Assembly (NCBI GenBank): GCA_040118945.1 | Contig: JBEDTH010000010.1 | Location: 10,731 to 74,730 of the forward strand | Direction of reading: 5' to 3' | DNA from: Dokdonia sp. | Lineage (GTDB): Bacteria > Bacteroidota > Bacteroidia > Flavobacteriales > Flavobacteriaceae | DNA length: 64,000 nt | Shown here: positions 1 to 8,196 of the stretch, piece by piece | Layout of the letters: each line of letters opens with the position of its first letter | Position numbering within the stretch: the first letter of the stretch is position 1 | The notes under the pieces: model-generated | What the model saw: only the letters and a program-made list of their open reading frames with translations | The model's database searches: none | What the model was told of the DNA's origin: nothing | Made by a program: the position numbers and the translations under genes

Positions 1-927
1 ATTCACGGCCCAGGCTGTCCAGTATGTGTAACTCCTTTGAATATTATTGATAAAGCCATTCATTTAGCGCTAAACGAGAATGTTATTTTATGTTCTTTTG
101 GTGATATGCTTCGTGTACCTGGCTCTGGTAAAAATCTTTTAGAAGCAAAAGCAGAAGGTGCAGATGTACGCATTCTGTACTCACCTCTAGAAGCAGTTAA
201 AATTGCAGAGGATAATCCAGATAAAGAAGTCGTGTTTTTTGCAGTAGGTTTTGAAACCACAGCACCTGCAAATGCGTTATCTGTTATTCACGCGCACAGG
301 AAAGAGCTTAAAAATTATTCCATATTAGCATCTCACGTTTTGGTGCCACCTGCCATAAAAGCGGTTATCGATGATGAAGAAAGTAAGATAGATGGTTTTC
401 TCGCAGCAGGTCACGTGTGTACTATAATGGGTAATGCAGAATACCATCCATTATCTGCGAAATATAAAGTACCTATCGTAGTAACAGGTTTTGAGCCACT
501 CGATGTTTTACAAGGCATATTAATGGTATTACGCCAATTAGAAGAAAGTAAATCGCAAGTTGAAAATCAATATGCACGTATCGTAAAGGAAGAAGGTAAT
601 CCTGATGCTCAAAAAATGATTCACACCGTATTTGAAATAAAAAATCAAATATGGAGAGGTATTGGTGAAATTCCAGATAGTGGGTATCAAGTGCGACCCG
701 AATATGAAGCTTTTGATGCTAACCGTAAATTCAGCATCCGGATTGAAGAAGCACCTGAAAACCCAGATTGTATTTCTGGTCAAATTATGAAAGGCTTAAA
801 GAAACCTTTTGAGTGTTCGCAATTTGGTAAAAAATGTAAACCTACGAATCCATTAGGAGCACCTATGGTAAGTAGTGAAGGTGCTTGTGCTGCCTACTAT
901 CATTTCTCAGGACTGGTAGAAGCATAG
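1..927 (+). CDS. hypD: [NiFe]-hydrogenase maturation protein HypD, 5' end cut by window edge
   Basis: Frame 1 is open from base 1 and begins IHGPGCPVCV (HypD GPGCPVC motif). The rest (ORF 37..927) is colinear with HypD and ends in a Cys-containing tail. hypE follows 23 nt downstream. Confidence 0.9.
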   Translation: MHGPGCPVCVTPLNIIDKAIHLALNENVILCSFGDMLRVPGSGKNLLEAKAEGADVRILYSPLEAVKIAEDNPDKEVVFFAVGFETTAPANALSVIHAHRKELKNYSILASHVLVPPAIKAVIDDEESKIDGFLAAGHVCTIMGNAEYHPLSAKYKVPIVVTGFEPLDVLQGILMVLRQLEESKSQVENQYARIVKEEGNPDAQKMIHTVFEIKNQIWRGIGEIPDSGYQVRPEYEAFDANRKFSIRIEEAPENPDCISGQIMKGLKKPFECSQFGKKCKPTNPLGAPMVSSEGACAAYYHFSGLVEA

Positions 928-949
928 CCCTTAAAATCCAATTTATTTA

Positions 950-2008
950 ATGACAGATAAAAAAATACGAATGCAATTGCAATGCCCAATGCCTAAATTG
1001 GACTTTGATGTAATTACCTTAGGTCACGGTAGTGGTGGCGTGCTTACCAATAAATTATTAGATAGTGGTGTTTTTGACTTATTAAGTAACCCAATCCTTG
1101 ATGAACGTCACGACGGAGCCATTTTTAAAATGGATGGAAAGATGGCCTTCTCAACCGATAGTTTTTTAGTGTCACCCATCTTCTTTCCTGGCGGCAACAT
1201 AGGCGAATTAGCAGTAAATGGAACGGTGAATGACCTAGCTATGTGCGGTGCTATTCCTAAATATATATCCCTAAGTTTTATTATAGAAGAGGGATTAAAA
1301 ATGGCTGAATTTTGGGATATTCTTGTGTCAATAAAATTAGCCTGTGAGGAAGCAGGGGTTCACGTGGTAACAGGAGATACTAAAGTTGTAGAAAAAGGAA
1401 AGGGTGATAAAATTTTTATCAATACCTCTGGTGTCGGGAGTATACATTATAAAGCTAATATTGCGCCAAGAAATATAAAAGTAGGCGACTCAATTATCGT
1501 TAGTGGTAATATCGCTTCACACGGTATGGCCATAATGTCTGTACGCGAAGGATTAGAGTTTGATTCTGAAATTTTAAGTGATTCCACAAATCTTAATCAT
1601 ACGATTTTGTCCCTTATAGAAAGTTATGGCGAAAACATTCACCTGCTCACCGACCCAACTCGTGGTGGTATAGCTACCGTATTAAAAGAAACAGCTCAAT
1701 CTATAAACTTAGGGATAGAGATTGCGCATAGCAAATTACCCATAGACGCTCAAGTAGCTAGCGCGTGTGAATTGTTGGGTTTAGACCCTATTTATGTCGC
1801 AAATGAGGGACTTTTTATAGCTTTTGTAGATGCGTCTATCGCAAATGATTTTCTAGAAGCACTACATAAAGATAAAAATGGCGGAAATGCAAAAATTATT
1901 GGAACTGTTACCGAAGAGCATCCCAAACAAGTGATTATGGAAAGTGCCATAGGTGGTAAACGTGTGGTAAGTATGTTGCCTGGGGAACAATTACCAAGAA
2001 TCTGTTAG
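950..2008 (+). CDS. hypE: [NiFe]-hydrogenase maturation protein HypE
   Basis: PurM/AIR-synthase-like motifs (GHGSGG, DPTRGG) and the diagnostic C-terminal PRIC ending; directly follows hypD. Confidence 0.9.
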   Translation: MTDKKIRMQLQCPMPKLDFDVITLGHGSGGVLTNKLLDSGVFDLLSNPILDERHDGAIFKMDGKMAFSTDSFLVSPIFFPGGNIGELAVNGTVNDLAMCGAIPKYISLSFIIEEGLKMAEFWDILVSIKLACEEAGVHVVTGDTKVVEKGKGDKIFINTSGVGSIHYKANIAPRNIKVGDSIIVSGNIASHGMAIMSVREGLEFDSEILSDSTNLNHTILSLIESYGENIHLLTDPTRGGIATVLKETAQSINLGIEIAHSKLPIDAQVASACELLGLDPIYVANEGLFIAFVDASIANDFLEALHKDKNGGNAKIIGTVTEEHPKQVIMESAIGGKRVVSMLPGEQLPRIC

Positions 2009-2011
2009 CCT

Positions 2012-3112
2012 ATGGATTTTAGCACACTAGGTGACCGCGTTACCAATGCACGATTGTTTAGAGGTTCTGAAGCGAAACCATTTTTGGCTCCAAGGGGTGT
2101 TTTTGTCGCAAAGAATAAACTCTTTGTATCGGATACGGGGCAAAACCGAGTTTTTATTTGGAACAAGATACCTACTTCAGAATTTCAGGAACCCGATGTT
2201 GTTTTAGGACAACTAGAAGTGGCAGATAGTGGTCGCAATTCTGGAGGAGATGTTACGGCAAATACATTACAGTATCCTTCAGGTATTTGGAGCGATGGCG
2301 AACAATTAATCGTTGCTGATGCTTGGAATCATCGCGTACTTATATGGCATACCCTTCCTACATCTAATGGACAGCCTGCAGATGTTGTTTTGGGACAACC
2401 TCATTTTAGAACTAATCTACCCAATGTAAAAGGTATCGGAAATGACCCTACATCTCAAACACTAAATTGGCCTTATGGCTTGTTTTCTGACGGACAAAGC
2501 CTCTGGGTTGCAGATACGGGAAATAGGCGCATTCTTTTCTATAAGACTATTCCGAAAGAAAATTATACTCCTGCTGATGAAGTAATAGGGAAACCTGCAT
2601 TCACGACCCGAGATTATAATAACGATGACCCTATCTGGCCCTATTCAATTAAACTAAATAGCAAAGGTCAAATGGCAGTTGCAGATACGCAGTTTTACCG
2701 CGTGCTTATTTGGAATTCTAAAGAAGATGCACTTTCAAAACCAGCTGATATTATTATTGGGCAAGATAATTTTGATGCGTGTGGGCAAAATCAATTTAGA
2801 CTTGCTCCAGAAGCAAATACGTTAAATTGGACATACGATGCCTGTTTTTACAAGGATGGTATCCTCATTAATGATACAGGTAATAGCCGAATTCTATATT
2901 TTGATACGATACCAGAGGAAAATAACGCTTTCGCGAAAGCGGTTATAGGCAGAGAAAATTTCACAACCAGTAGCGAGTTTAAAGGTAATATGCACGGTAC
3001 GCAAAGTGCAATTTACTGGCCATTCTCAATAACCACAGAAGGAAACACCCTATTTATGGCAGATACAGGTAATCACCGCTTGGTTATTTGCGACTTAAAA
3101 GGTGAGATATAA
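2012..3112 (+). CDS. NHL-repeat beta-propeller protein
   Basis: Internal repeats with NRVFIW / NHRVLIW / NRRILFY / YRVLIW / NSRILYF / NHRLVI blade signatures; starts 4 nt after hypE. Confidence 0.65.
   Translation: MDFSTLGDRVTNARLFRGSEAKPFLAPRGVFVAKNKLFVSDTGQNRVFIWNKIPTSEFQEPDVVLGQLEVADSGRNSGGDVTANTLQYPSGIWSDGEQLIVADAWNHRVLIWHTLPTSNGQPADVVLGQPHFRTNLPNVKGIGNDPTSQTLNWPYGLFSDGQSLWVADTGNRRILFYKTIPKENYTPADEVIGKPAFTTRDYNNDDPIWPYSIKLNSKGQMAVADTQFYRVLIWNSKEDALSKPADIIIGQDNFDACGQNQFRLAPEANTLNWTYDACFYKDGILINDTGNSRILYFDTIPEENNAFAKAVIGRENFTTSSEFKGNMHGTQSAIYWPFSITTEGNTLFMADTGNHRLVICDLKGEI
2927..2940. repeat. Iterated palindrome GCTTTCGCGAAAGC (perfect 14-mer)
   Basis: Inside the NHL gene, read as AFAKA; extends to the 16-bp palindrome CGCTTTCGCGAAAGCG. 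Confidence 0.95.
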
Positions 3113-3781
3113 CCAGTATATCCCAATAACTACGGCAAATAAACCACCCGCAAATCGAATACCTTTGAAAAATATCGGGTCATTTGCTTTTTTAGAGTAG
3201 GAAGCAATGCTTCCAAGTATAAGCGCGTAAACTGTCATAGCTAGTACTGTTCCAATCGCAAAACCAATAATATATTGAATGCCTTCTAATTTAGTATCAA
3301 ATGCTAATACCGGAAGTAATAAGATAAAATGCGCTACTCCAGCAAGTCCGTGAAGAAAACCAATACCTAAAGAGGATAATGTGTTTTGTTTAATTTTCTT
3401 TTTATGGGTATGCGATTCGGCTGATGATGTATACGTGTGAATGTGAGTTTCTCCATCGCTATGCGTATGCGGATGATGATGTTTTTTCTTTTCTTTAAAA
3501 ATGCGATAAAAAGCCCATAGTCCAACCACAATCAAAACTATAGCTACTAATTGTTCACTATATGCAGAAATTGCATCTACCGGAATTACTTCTTTAAAAA
3601 GTAGGAATAGAATTCCAATTAAAAGCATTCCTAATAAATGCCCAATCCCCCATACTAATCCTATTTTCCATCCTTTACGCTGAGAAGAAATAGCTAAAGG
3701 TGTTACTGCGGCTAAATGGTCTGGTCCAGAAATAACGTGAAGTATAGAGGCAAGTATAGCAGAGAATAAAGTTGTAATCAA
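3095..3781 (-). CDS. His-rich-loop metal (likely Ni/Co) transporter-like membrane protein (HupE/UreJ or NicO-like)
   Basis: About six hydrophobic segments, an N-terminal HVISGPDHLAAV motif and a central loop HHHPHTHSDGETHIHTYTSSAESHTH; adjacent to hyp genes. Confidence 0.5.
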   Translation of the reverse strand: MITTLFSAILASILHVISGPDHLAAVTPLAISSQRKGWKIGLVWGIGHLLGMLLIGILFLLFKEVIPVDAISAYSEQLVAIVLIVVGLWAFYRIFKEKKKHHHPHTHSDGETHIHTYTSSAESHTHKKKIKQNTLSSLGIGFLHGLAGVAHFILLLPVLAFDTKLEGIQYIIGFAIGTVLAMTVYALILGSIASYSKKANDPIFFKGIRFAGGLFAVVIGIYWLYLTF

Positions 3782-4709
3782 AATTTCAAATCGGATATTT
3801 TTTAATATTTGGTAAGTTAAAAATTTATTTTAAATATTTTACTCTTCGAGAAGATGTCTCTGGTTTTGGTTTATTTTTAATAGTGTATCCTCTCAGCACA
3901 TTTCCCTAAACTTCGCGAAAAGCTACATTTCAGGAAAAGAGCTTCATTCACAATAATCTTGGACACAATTTCAAAGTAGCTATCATTACTTTCAGTCGCT
4001 ATTAAGCCGAACAAACGAACTACATCTGAATAGAACCCTATCAACTTTGAAATAGAGTCCGCTAATTAATTTCACTTACACCTTTCACTTCACAAAGTTG
4101 TAAAATTCTGCCCGAAACGAACTGCATAACCGTTCGTGCACTCACTTTTATAAGTTCTTATTCCCTCAAAATTTTAGTGTCAGTTACTGAAAAGGTAACA
4201 GCGATGGCGCTATGGGAAGTAAGTAGATATTAAATCATCATCGGCTACTTTCATCTCAATCTTACCTAATAAATAGATAGCAAAACGTATCAAATCCCTG
4301 CTTTTTGAGCTAAAAGAAAAGGAAAACGCTCAAGATATAATAAGTATGCAGATAAATGCCATTGTGGCAACTAATTGACACCAATCTAAACCATATATAA
4401 TTGGCTTAACTATTGACCTAATATGCTCATAATCATTATTAAGTAATATCAATGGTCTCCAGTATTTATTACGAATACTTTAAAAAGTTGATTAGATTTT
4501 TCTTAAAAAATGCAAGGTGTAGTTTAACACCTCTTAGGCTTTTTAGCTTTAGATAGAAAGTACTGCAAACCCGAAATGAAATGAAGGGATTGTATAGCAA
4601 GAGGGTAACACGCTGGCGCGATGTTACGATATTAAGTTTTTTCAAAACACCAGTAAAATCAATGCTTGACAGCGATTGATTGTTTTTTGTTTTAAAAATT
4701 GAAGTGTTG

Positions 4710-4724
4710 TTTTTCACGGAAAAA
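4710..4724 (+). promoter_or_regulatory. Copy 1 of 15-bp direct repeat TTTTTCACGGAAAAA (candidate operator/oriT element)
   Basis: Exact repeat of 4752..4766; each copy is an imperfect hairpin (TTTTTC/GAAAAA arms). Confidence 0.35.
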
Positions 4725-4751
4725 CGCCCACAACCCAATAAAAACAATAAA

Positions 4752-4766
4752 TTTTTCACGGAAAAA
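4752..4766 (+). promoter_or_regulatory. Copy 2 of 15-bp direct repeat TTTTTCACGGAAAAA, abutting the ATG at 4766
   Basis: Exact repeat lying 42 bp downstream of copy 1; its last base is the A of the start codon. Confidence 0.35.
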
Positions 4767-5182
4767 TGGATGAAGGATATGAAAAAGAGCGATTTAAGAG
4801 CCTAAGCATCAAAGCTTCAGTAGCAGCTAAGTTTAATAAATTTTGTAAAGAAATGGCACTTTCAAAATCGATGACCTTATTGGTTATGATTGAGTTTTTT
4901 GAAGAAAACTGTATTTCGCCAACAGAGTCTATGGGGCCAAATATGGAAACCTTAGAAAAGCGAATTTCATTACTCATCAAGAAACGAATGAATGGAATGA
5001 TTGCTATAATGAAAGACATCGAAAAGAACCAAACCAAACCGACAGTAGCAATGCTACAATCACTTTTTGAACAGACTGAACCAAAAAAGAAAGTACGAAT
5101 GGTGGAGAAAAATGACCCTTATCTGCATAAAGACGTTCGTTTTCGCGAAAAGAAATATTTGGATAACAATGATGATGCATAA
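4766..5182 (+). CDS. BfmA/BtgA-like mobilization DNA-binding protein
   Basis: 138 aa. The pattern SIKASVAAKFNKFCKE...LLVMIEFFEENCISP...IKKRMNGMIAIMKDIEKNQTKP resembles small Bacteroidetes Mob accessory proteins as I remember them; not verified by search. Confidence 0.5.
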   Translation: MDEGYEKERFKSLSIKASVAAKFNKFCKEMALSKSMTLLVMIEFFEENCISPTESMGPNMETLEKRISLLIKKRMNGMIAIMKDIEKNQTKPTVAMLQSLFEQTEPKKKVRMVEKNDPYLHKDVRFREKKYLDNNDDA

Positions 5183-5841
5183 TGAAAAGTGTAAACTACA
5201 TTATTCACCTCAATACCGTATTGGAAATATTCAATAACGATAAACGTATTAAACAAGGACATATCACATTATACCTTGCCTTCTTCTATTTATGGAACAA
5301 AAAGTTTTTTAAAGAGACCATGACCATAAATCGGGAGCTCATAATGGAGCACGCAAAGATTAAATCTAAAACGACGTATCATAATCATTTGCGAGATTTA
5401 GATACCTGGGGATATCTTACTTACTATCCATCATATCATCCATCAAGAGGTTCTAAGATTAAGATGACCAGAGCTTGTCCCAAAAGTGGTACAACCTCTA
5501 GTACACTGAAGGTCCAAAATTTGGACAACTGCGTTCCAAAACCTAGCCAAAATTTGGTATCTTCTTATAAACATAAAACAAAAGAAAACTTAAATAAACA
5601 GCCTGTCTTATTTTTTAACGAAAGTGAAGTCATTTTGTTTTTTGAGCAAAATAGTTGGCCAGAGATAGAAGCACTAAAATTTCACGCTTTTATTAAATCG
5701 AAAAAATGGAAAACAGACAATTGGCAAACTATAGCGAGGATTTTTGCTAAAAACGATTTTGAATTAAAAGAACCTAAAATGAGGAGTCCAATTTCTGGCT
5801 ATGTAGAAAAACTTAGAAATGATGGGGATAGGGACTATTGA
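5182..5841 (+). CDS. Hypothetical protein of the mobile element
   Basis: 219-aa ORF whose start overlaps the preceding stop (TAATG); no recognised motif. Confidence 0.5.
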   Translation: MKSVNYIIHLNTVLEIFNNDKRIKQGHITLYLAFFYLWNKKFFKETMTINRELIMEHAKIKSKTTYHNHLRDLDTWGYLTYYPSYHPSRGSKIKMTRACPKSGTTSSTLKVQNLDNCVPKPSQNLVSSYKHKTKENLNKQPVLFFNESEVILFFEQNSWPEIEALKFHAFIKSKKWKTDNWQTIARIFAKNDFELKEPKMRSPISGYVEKLRNDGDRDY

Positions 5842-5858
5842 ATGCTCTTTTGAAAAGC

Positions 5859-7100
5859 CTATTTTATTTGTCTTACTGCTTGGGTTGAAGCCTGCATTTT
5901 AGCCTTGAGTATCTTCATATCTTCGCTCACTTTTCTATCCAAAATTTTGGCGTAATGTTGCGTAGTTCTTAAAGATTTGTGGCCAAGCATTTTGCTTACA
6001 GATTCAATAGGAACACCATTTGATAGTGTTACTGTAGTTGCAAACGTATGTCTCGCCAAGTGAAAAGTTAGGTTCTTTGTTATTTTGCAAAGTATCGCTA
6101 TTTCCTTAATGTAGGCATTCATTTTTTGATTACTTAATACCGGAAGTAGTCTACCTTTATTCGAAACATCAGGATGGTCGTCATACTTCTTCAAAATATC
6201 AATAGCTGTGGGTAATAATGGAATACTGCTTCGCGTATCGGTTTTAGAACGTTTTATTTTAATCCACTTATCACCATCTATACCAATTACGATATCGTTG
6301 CGCGAAAGCTTCTTTACATCGGCATATGCAAGTCCGGTAAAACAAGAAAAGAGAAAGATATCTTTGACTTGGTCCAAACGTTCTGTATGTAATTCCTTTT
6401 CCACCATCTTTTGAATTTCTTCTTCGGTAAGAAATTCTCTCTCAACTATTTTAAGTTTAGCTTTCCAATTTGCAAATGGGTCTTTCTGAATCCAATCGTT
6501 AGCAAAAGCGATACGTATGATTTTTTTGAAATTTGTGACATACTTAATAGCTGTGTTATGCGCGCACTTTCGTTCTGTTTTTAAGTAGTATTCTAAGCCC
6601 GATATAAATTTATGGTCTACATCTTTTACTGGAATATCCTCAAGGTTATATTCTAAATTTATATAATCTGAAACGTGTTTCTTTGCTGTTTTGTAGCGCT
6701 CTATGGTTCCAGGAGCAAATTCTTTCCCTACTAAACGTTCAATCTTATCATTATGATTCTGGAAAATTTCAAGTAGCATCTTATGATGTATTCCTTTGCC
6801 TAAATAAACATTCTTAATAATTTCAGCCGTGACCAGCTCTTGATTCTCAGATAACGTTTCCTGAATCTTGTAGATTTTAACTTTAATAGTGTCCATATAC
6901 TTATTAAGCTCACGAACATCAGTTGTCGTTCCGCGAACCTTTCCAGCCTCAGAGTTCCATCTACTCAATAACACCTTTCGTTTTATGCTCAACTCGCTAC
7001 GCTTACCATTTACCGTTATTCTTAAGTAAATAGGAGCATTACCGTTTTTGTCAATGTCATTACCTCTTGGGTAAAATAGGATTGAAAATGTAGTTTTCAT
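5859..7100 (-). CDS. Tyrosine site-specific integrase (Bacteroidetes phage-integrase family with N-terminal arm-binding domain)
   Basis: C-terminal catalytic signatures HLARHTFAT and GHKSLRTTQHYAK; located next to the 3' end of a tRNA. Confidence 0.9.
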   Translation of the reverse strand: MKTTFSILFYPRGNDIDKNGNAPIYLRITVNGKRSELSIKRKVLLSRWNSEAGKVRGTTTDVRELNKYMDTIKVKIYKIQETLSENQELVTAEIIKNVYLGKGIHHKMLLEIFQNHNDKIERLVGKEFAPGTIERYKTAKKHVSDYINLEYNLEDIPVKDVDHKFISGLEYYLKTERKCAHNTAIKYVTNFKKIIRIAFANDWIQKDPFANWKAKLKIVEREFLTEEEIQKMVEKELHTERLDQVKDIFLFSCFTGLAYADVKKLSRNDIVIGIDGDKWIKIKRSKTDTRSSIPLLPTAIDILKKYDDHPDVSNKGRLLPVLSNQKMNAYIKEIAILCKITKNLTFHLARHTFATTVTLSNGVPIESVSKMLGHKSLRTTQHYAKILDRKVSEDMKILKAKMQASTQAVRQIK

Positions 7101-7101
7101 C

Positions 7102-7236
7102 GGTGCGTGGTTTTTATCGCACTATAAGGTACAAAAAATACAAATGCAAATTACACGTAAACCCCTATACAACAATAGTTAACGACTTATTAGGTGCGTA
7201 TTTTAGTATAAATATTTACGCACCGAATCACGCACC
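7102..7236. repeat. Nested inverted copies of GGTGCGT(G/A) (candidate integrase arm-type sites)
   Basis: GGTGCGTG at 7102..7109 pairs with CACGCACC at 7229..7236. GGTGCGTA at 7193..7200 pairs with TACGCACC at 7217..7224. Confidence 0.3.
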
Positions 7237-7280
7237 TTTTATTTGATATTATATGATTTTAGATGATATTATGAAAAATT

Positions 7281-7315
7281 AAAAAAGCCCATAAACATAG
7301 TGTTTACGGGCTTTT
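7281..7315 (-). terminator. Intrinsic terminator downstream of tRNA-Ser
   Basis: Hairpin GCCCATAAAC/GTTTACGGGC (one mismatch) at 7287..7311, flanked by an A-run and a T-run. Confidence 0.6.
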
Positions 7316-7338
7316 AGCAGAATTTGGTAATTCCTAAG

Positions 7339-7423
7339 CGGAGAAAGAGGGATTCGAACCCCCGGAGGTGTGACCCTCAACAGTTTTCAAGACTGCCGCA
7401 TTCGACCACTCTGCCATTTCTCC
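7339..7423 (-). tRNA. tRNA-Ser (anticodon UGA)
   Basis: The reverse complement folds as a cloverleaf: acceptor GGAGAAA/TTTCTCC, anticodon loop CTTGAAA, long variable arm, T-loop GGTTCGAATCC. CCA is not encoded. Confidence 0.9.
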
Positions 7424-7517
7424 AGTGTCGCTTGCGATAAGATCTATCTGATCTTAACAACCCACTTAAAGCGGGCCTGGGTGCCAAAGAGATGCACTAG
7501 CATCTCGTAGGCGGGTG

Positions 7518-7525
7518 CAAATATA
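7518..7525 (-). promoter_or_regulatory. Bacteroidetes -7 box TATATTTG upstream of tRNA-Ser
   Basis: The minus strand reads TATATTTG, an exact match to the TAnnTTTG consensus, about 95 nt upstream of the mature tRNA 5' end. Confidence 0.35.
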
Positions 7526-7695
7526 CATCGCTTTTTCGTTTTCAAAAATCTTTGATCGACTTTTTTTAAAGAAATTTTAGGTCTGTATAGAGGCTTATTA
7601 CACATTCTTACCGATTGGATTAAAAAAAGTGCCACAGCAACGGTGAGGTATTGGTATTCTTTTATACTTTTAAACGTTGAACAACAGCCTATCAC

Positions 7696-8109
7696 ATGAA
7701 ATTGCCGTATACTATTTGCTATGTTAGCAAATCAAAACCCGACTTGAGCGAAAGCGAAATTAAAGACATTTTTACCCATGCCAGTACCGTCAATAATAAA
7801 TGTGATGTACGTGGTATACTGCTTCACTCGCTCGGAAACTTCTTTCAAGTGCTCGAAGGAGACGAAAAGTACTTGCTCGATCTCTTTGAGAATAAAATAA
7901 AAAAAGACCCACGTCACGAGAATATCTATGAGGTCTACCACAAGAAAACCGCCAAGCCAGTGTTTACAAATTACAGCTCTCAATTTAATATTGTAGAAGA
8001 CAGTGAGCAACTCGAAGCTATTCAAGTGTACTTAGAAGAAAACAAAATATCATCTACCACCTCAGATAAGCTGTCGCGATTGTTGCGACCCTTTATGCTA
8101 ATTGATTAA
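7696..8109 (+). CDS. BLUF-domain blue-light photoreceptor (short, stand-alone)
   Basis: YTICYVSKS...VRGILLHSLGNFFQVLEGDEKYLLDLFENKIKKDPRHENI matches the BLUF core (Y...GxLLy..g.FfQ.LEG...D.RH). Confidence 0.85.
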   Translation: MKLPYTICYVSKSKPDLSESEIKDIFTHASTVNNKCDVRGILLHSLGNFFQVLEGDEKYLLDLFENKIKKDPRHENIYEVYHKKTAKPVFTNYSSQFNIVEDSEQLEAIQVYLEENKISSTTSDKLSRLLRPFMLID

Positions 8110-8145
8110 TCGGATTAATCACTATTAATACCAAATACCTTACAA

Positions 8146-8176
8146 CAAAAAACCTCGCCATGGCGAGGTTTTTTGT
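8146..8176. terminator. Bidirectional intrinsic terminator between convergent BLUF and ychF
   Basis: CCTCGCCA/TGGCGAGG stem at 8153..8168, flanked by an A-run and a T-run. Confidence 0.7.
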
Positions 8177-8196
8177 TTTGTATATTGTTCTTGCTT

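Larger units (their letters stand above)
4469..7338. mobile_element. Remnant of an integrative mobilizable element inserted beside tRNA-Ser (left boundary uncertain)
   Basis: A tyrosine integrase lies next to the tRNA 3' end, with a BfmA/BtgA-like mobilization protein, an unknown ORF and an AT-rich non-coding flank. No relaxase was found and no clear att duplication was seen. Confidence 0.5.

Noticed and set aside
4583-4609. Candidate attL (partial matches AGGGATT and AAGAGGG to the tRNA-Ser 3' end)
   Set aside because: The matches are only 7 nt each and non-contiguous, which is compatible with chance. They are mentioned only as a place to look.
4469-5037. Minus-strand ORFs 4469..4759 and 4756..5037
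   Set aside because: The translations are AT-driven and low-complexity. The second is antisense to the better-supported 4766..5182 gene.
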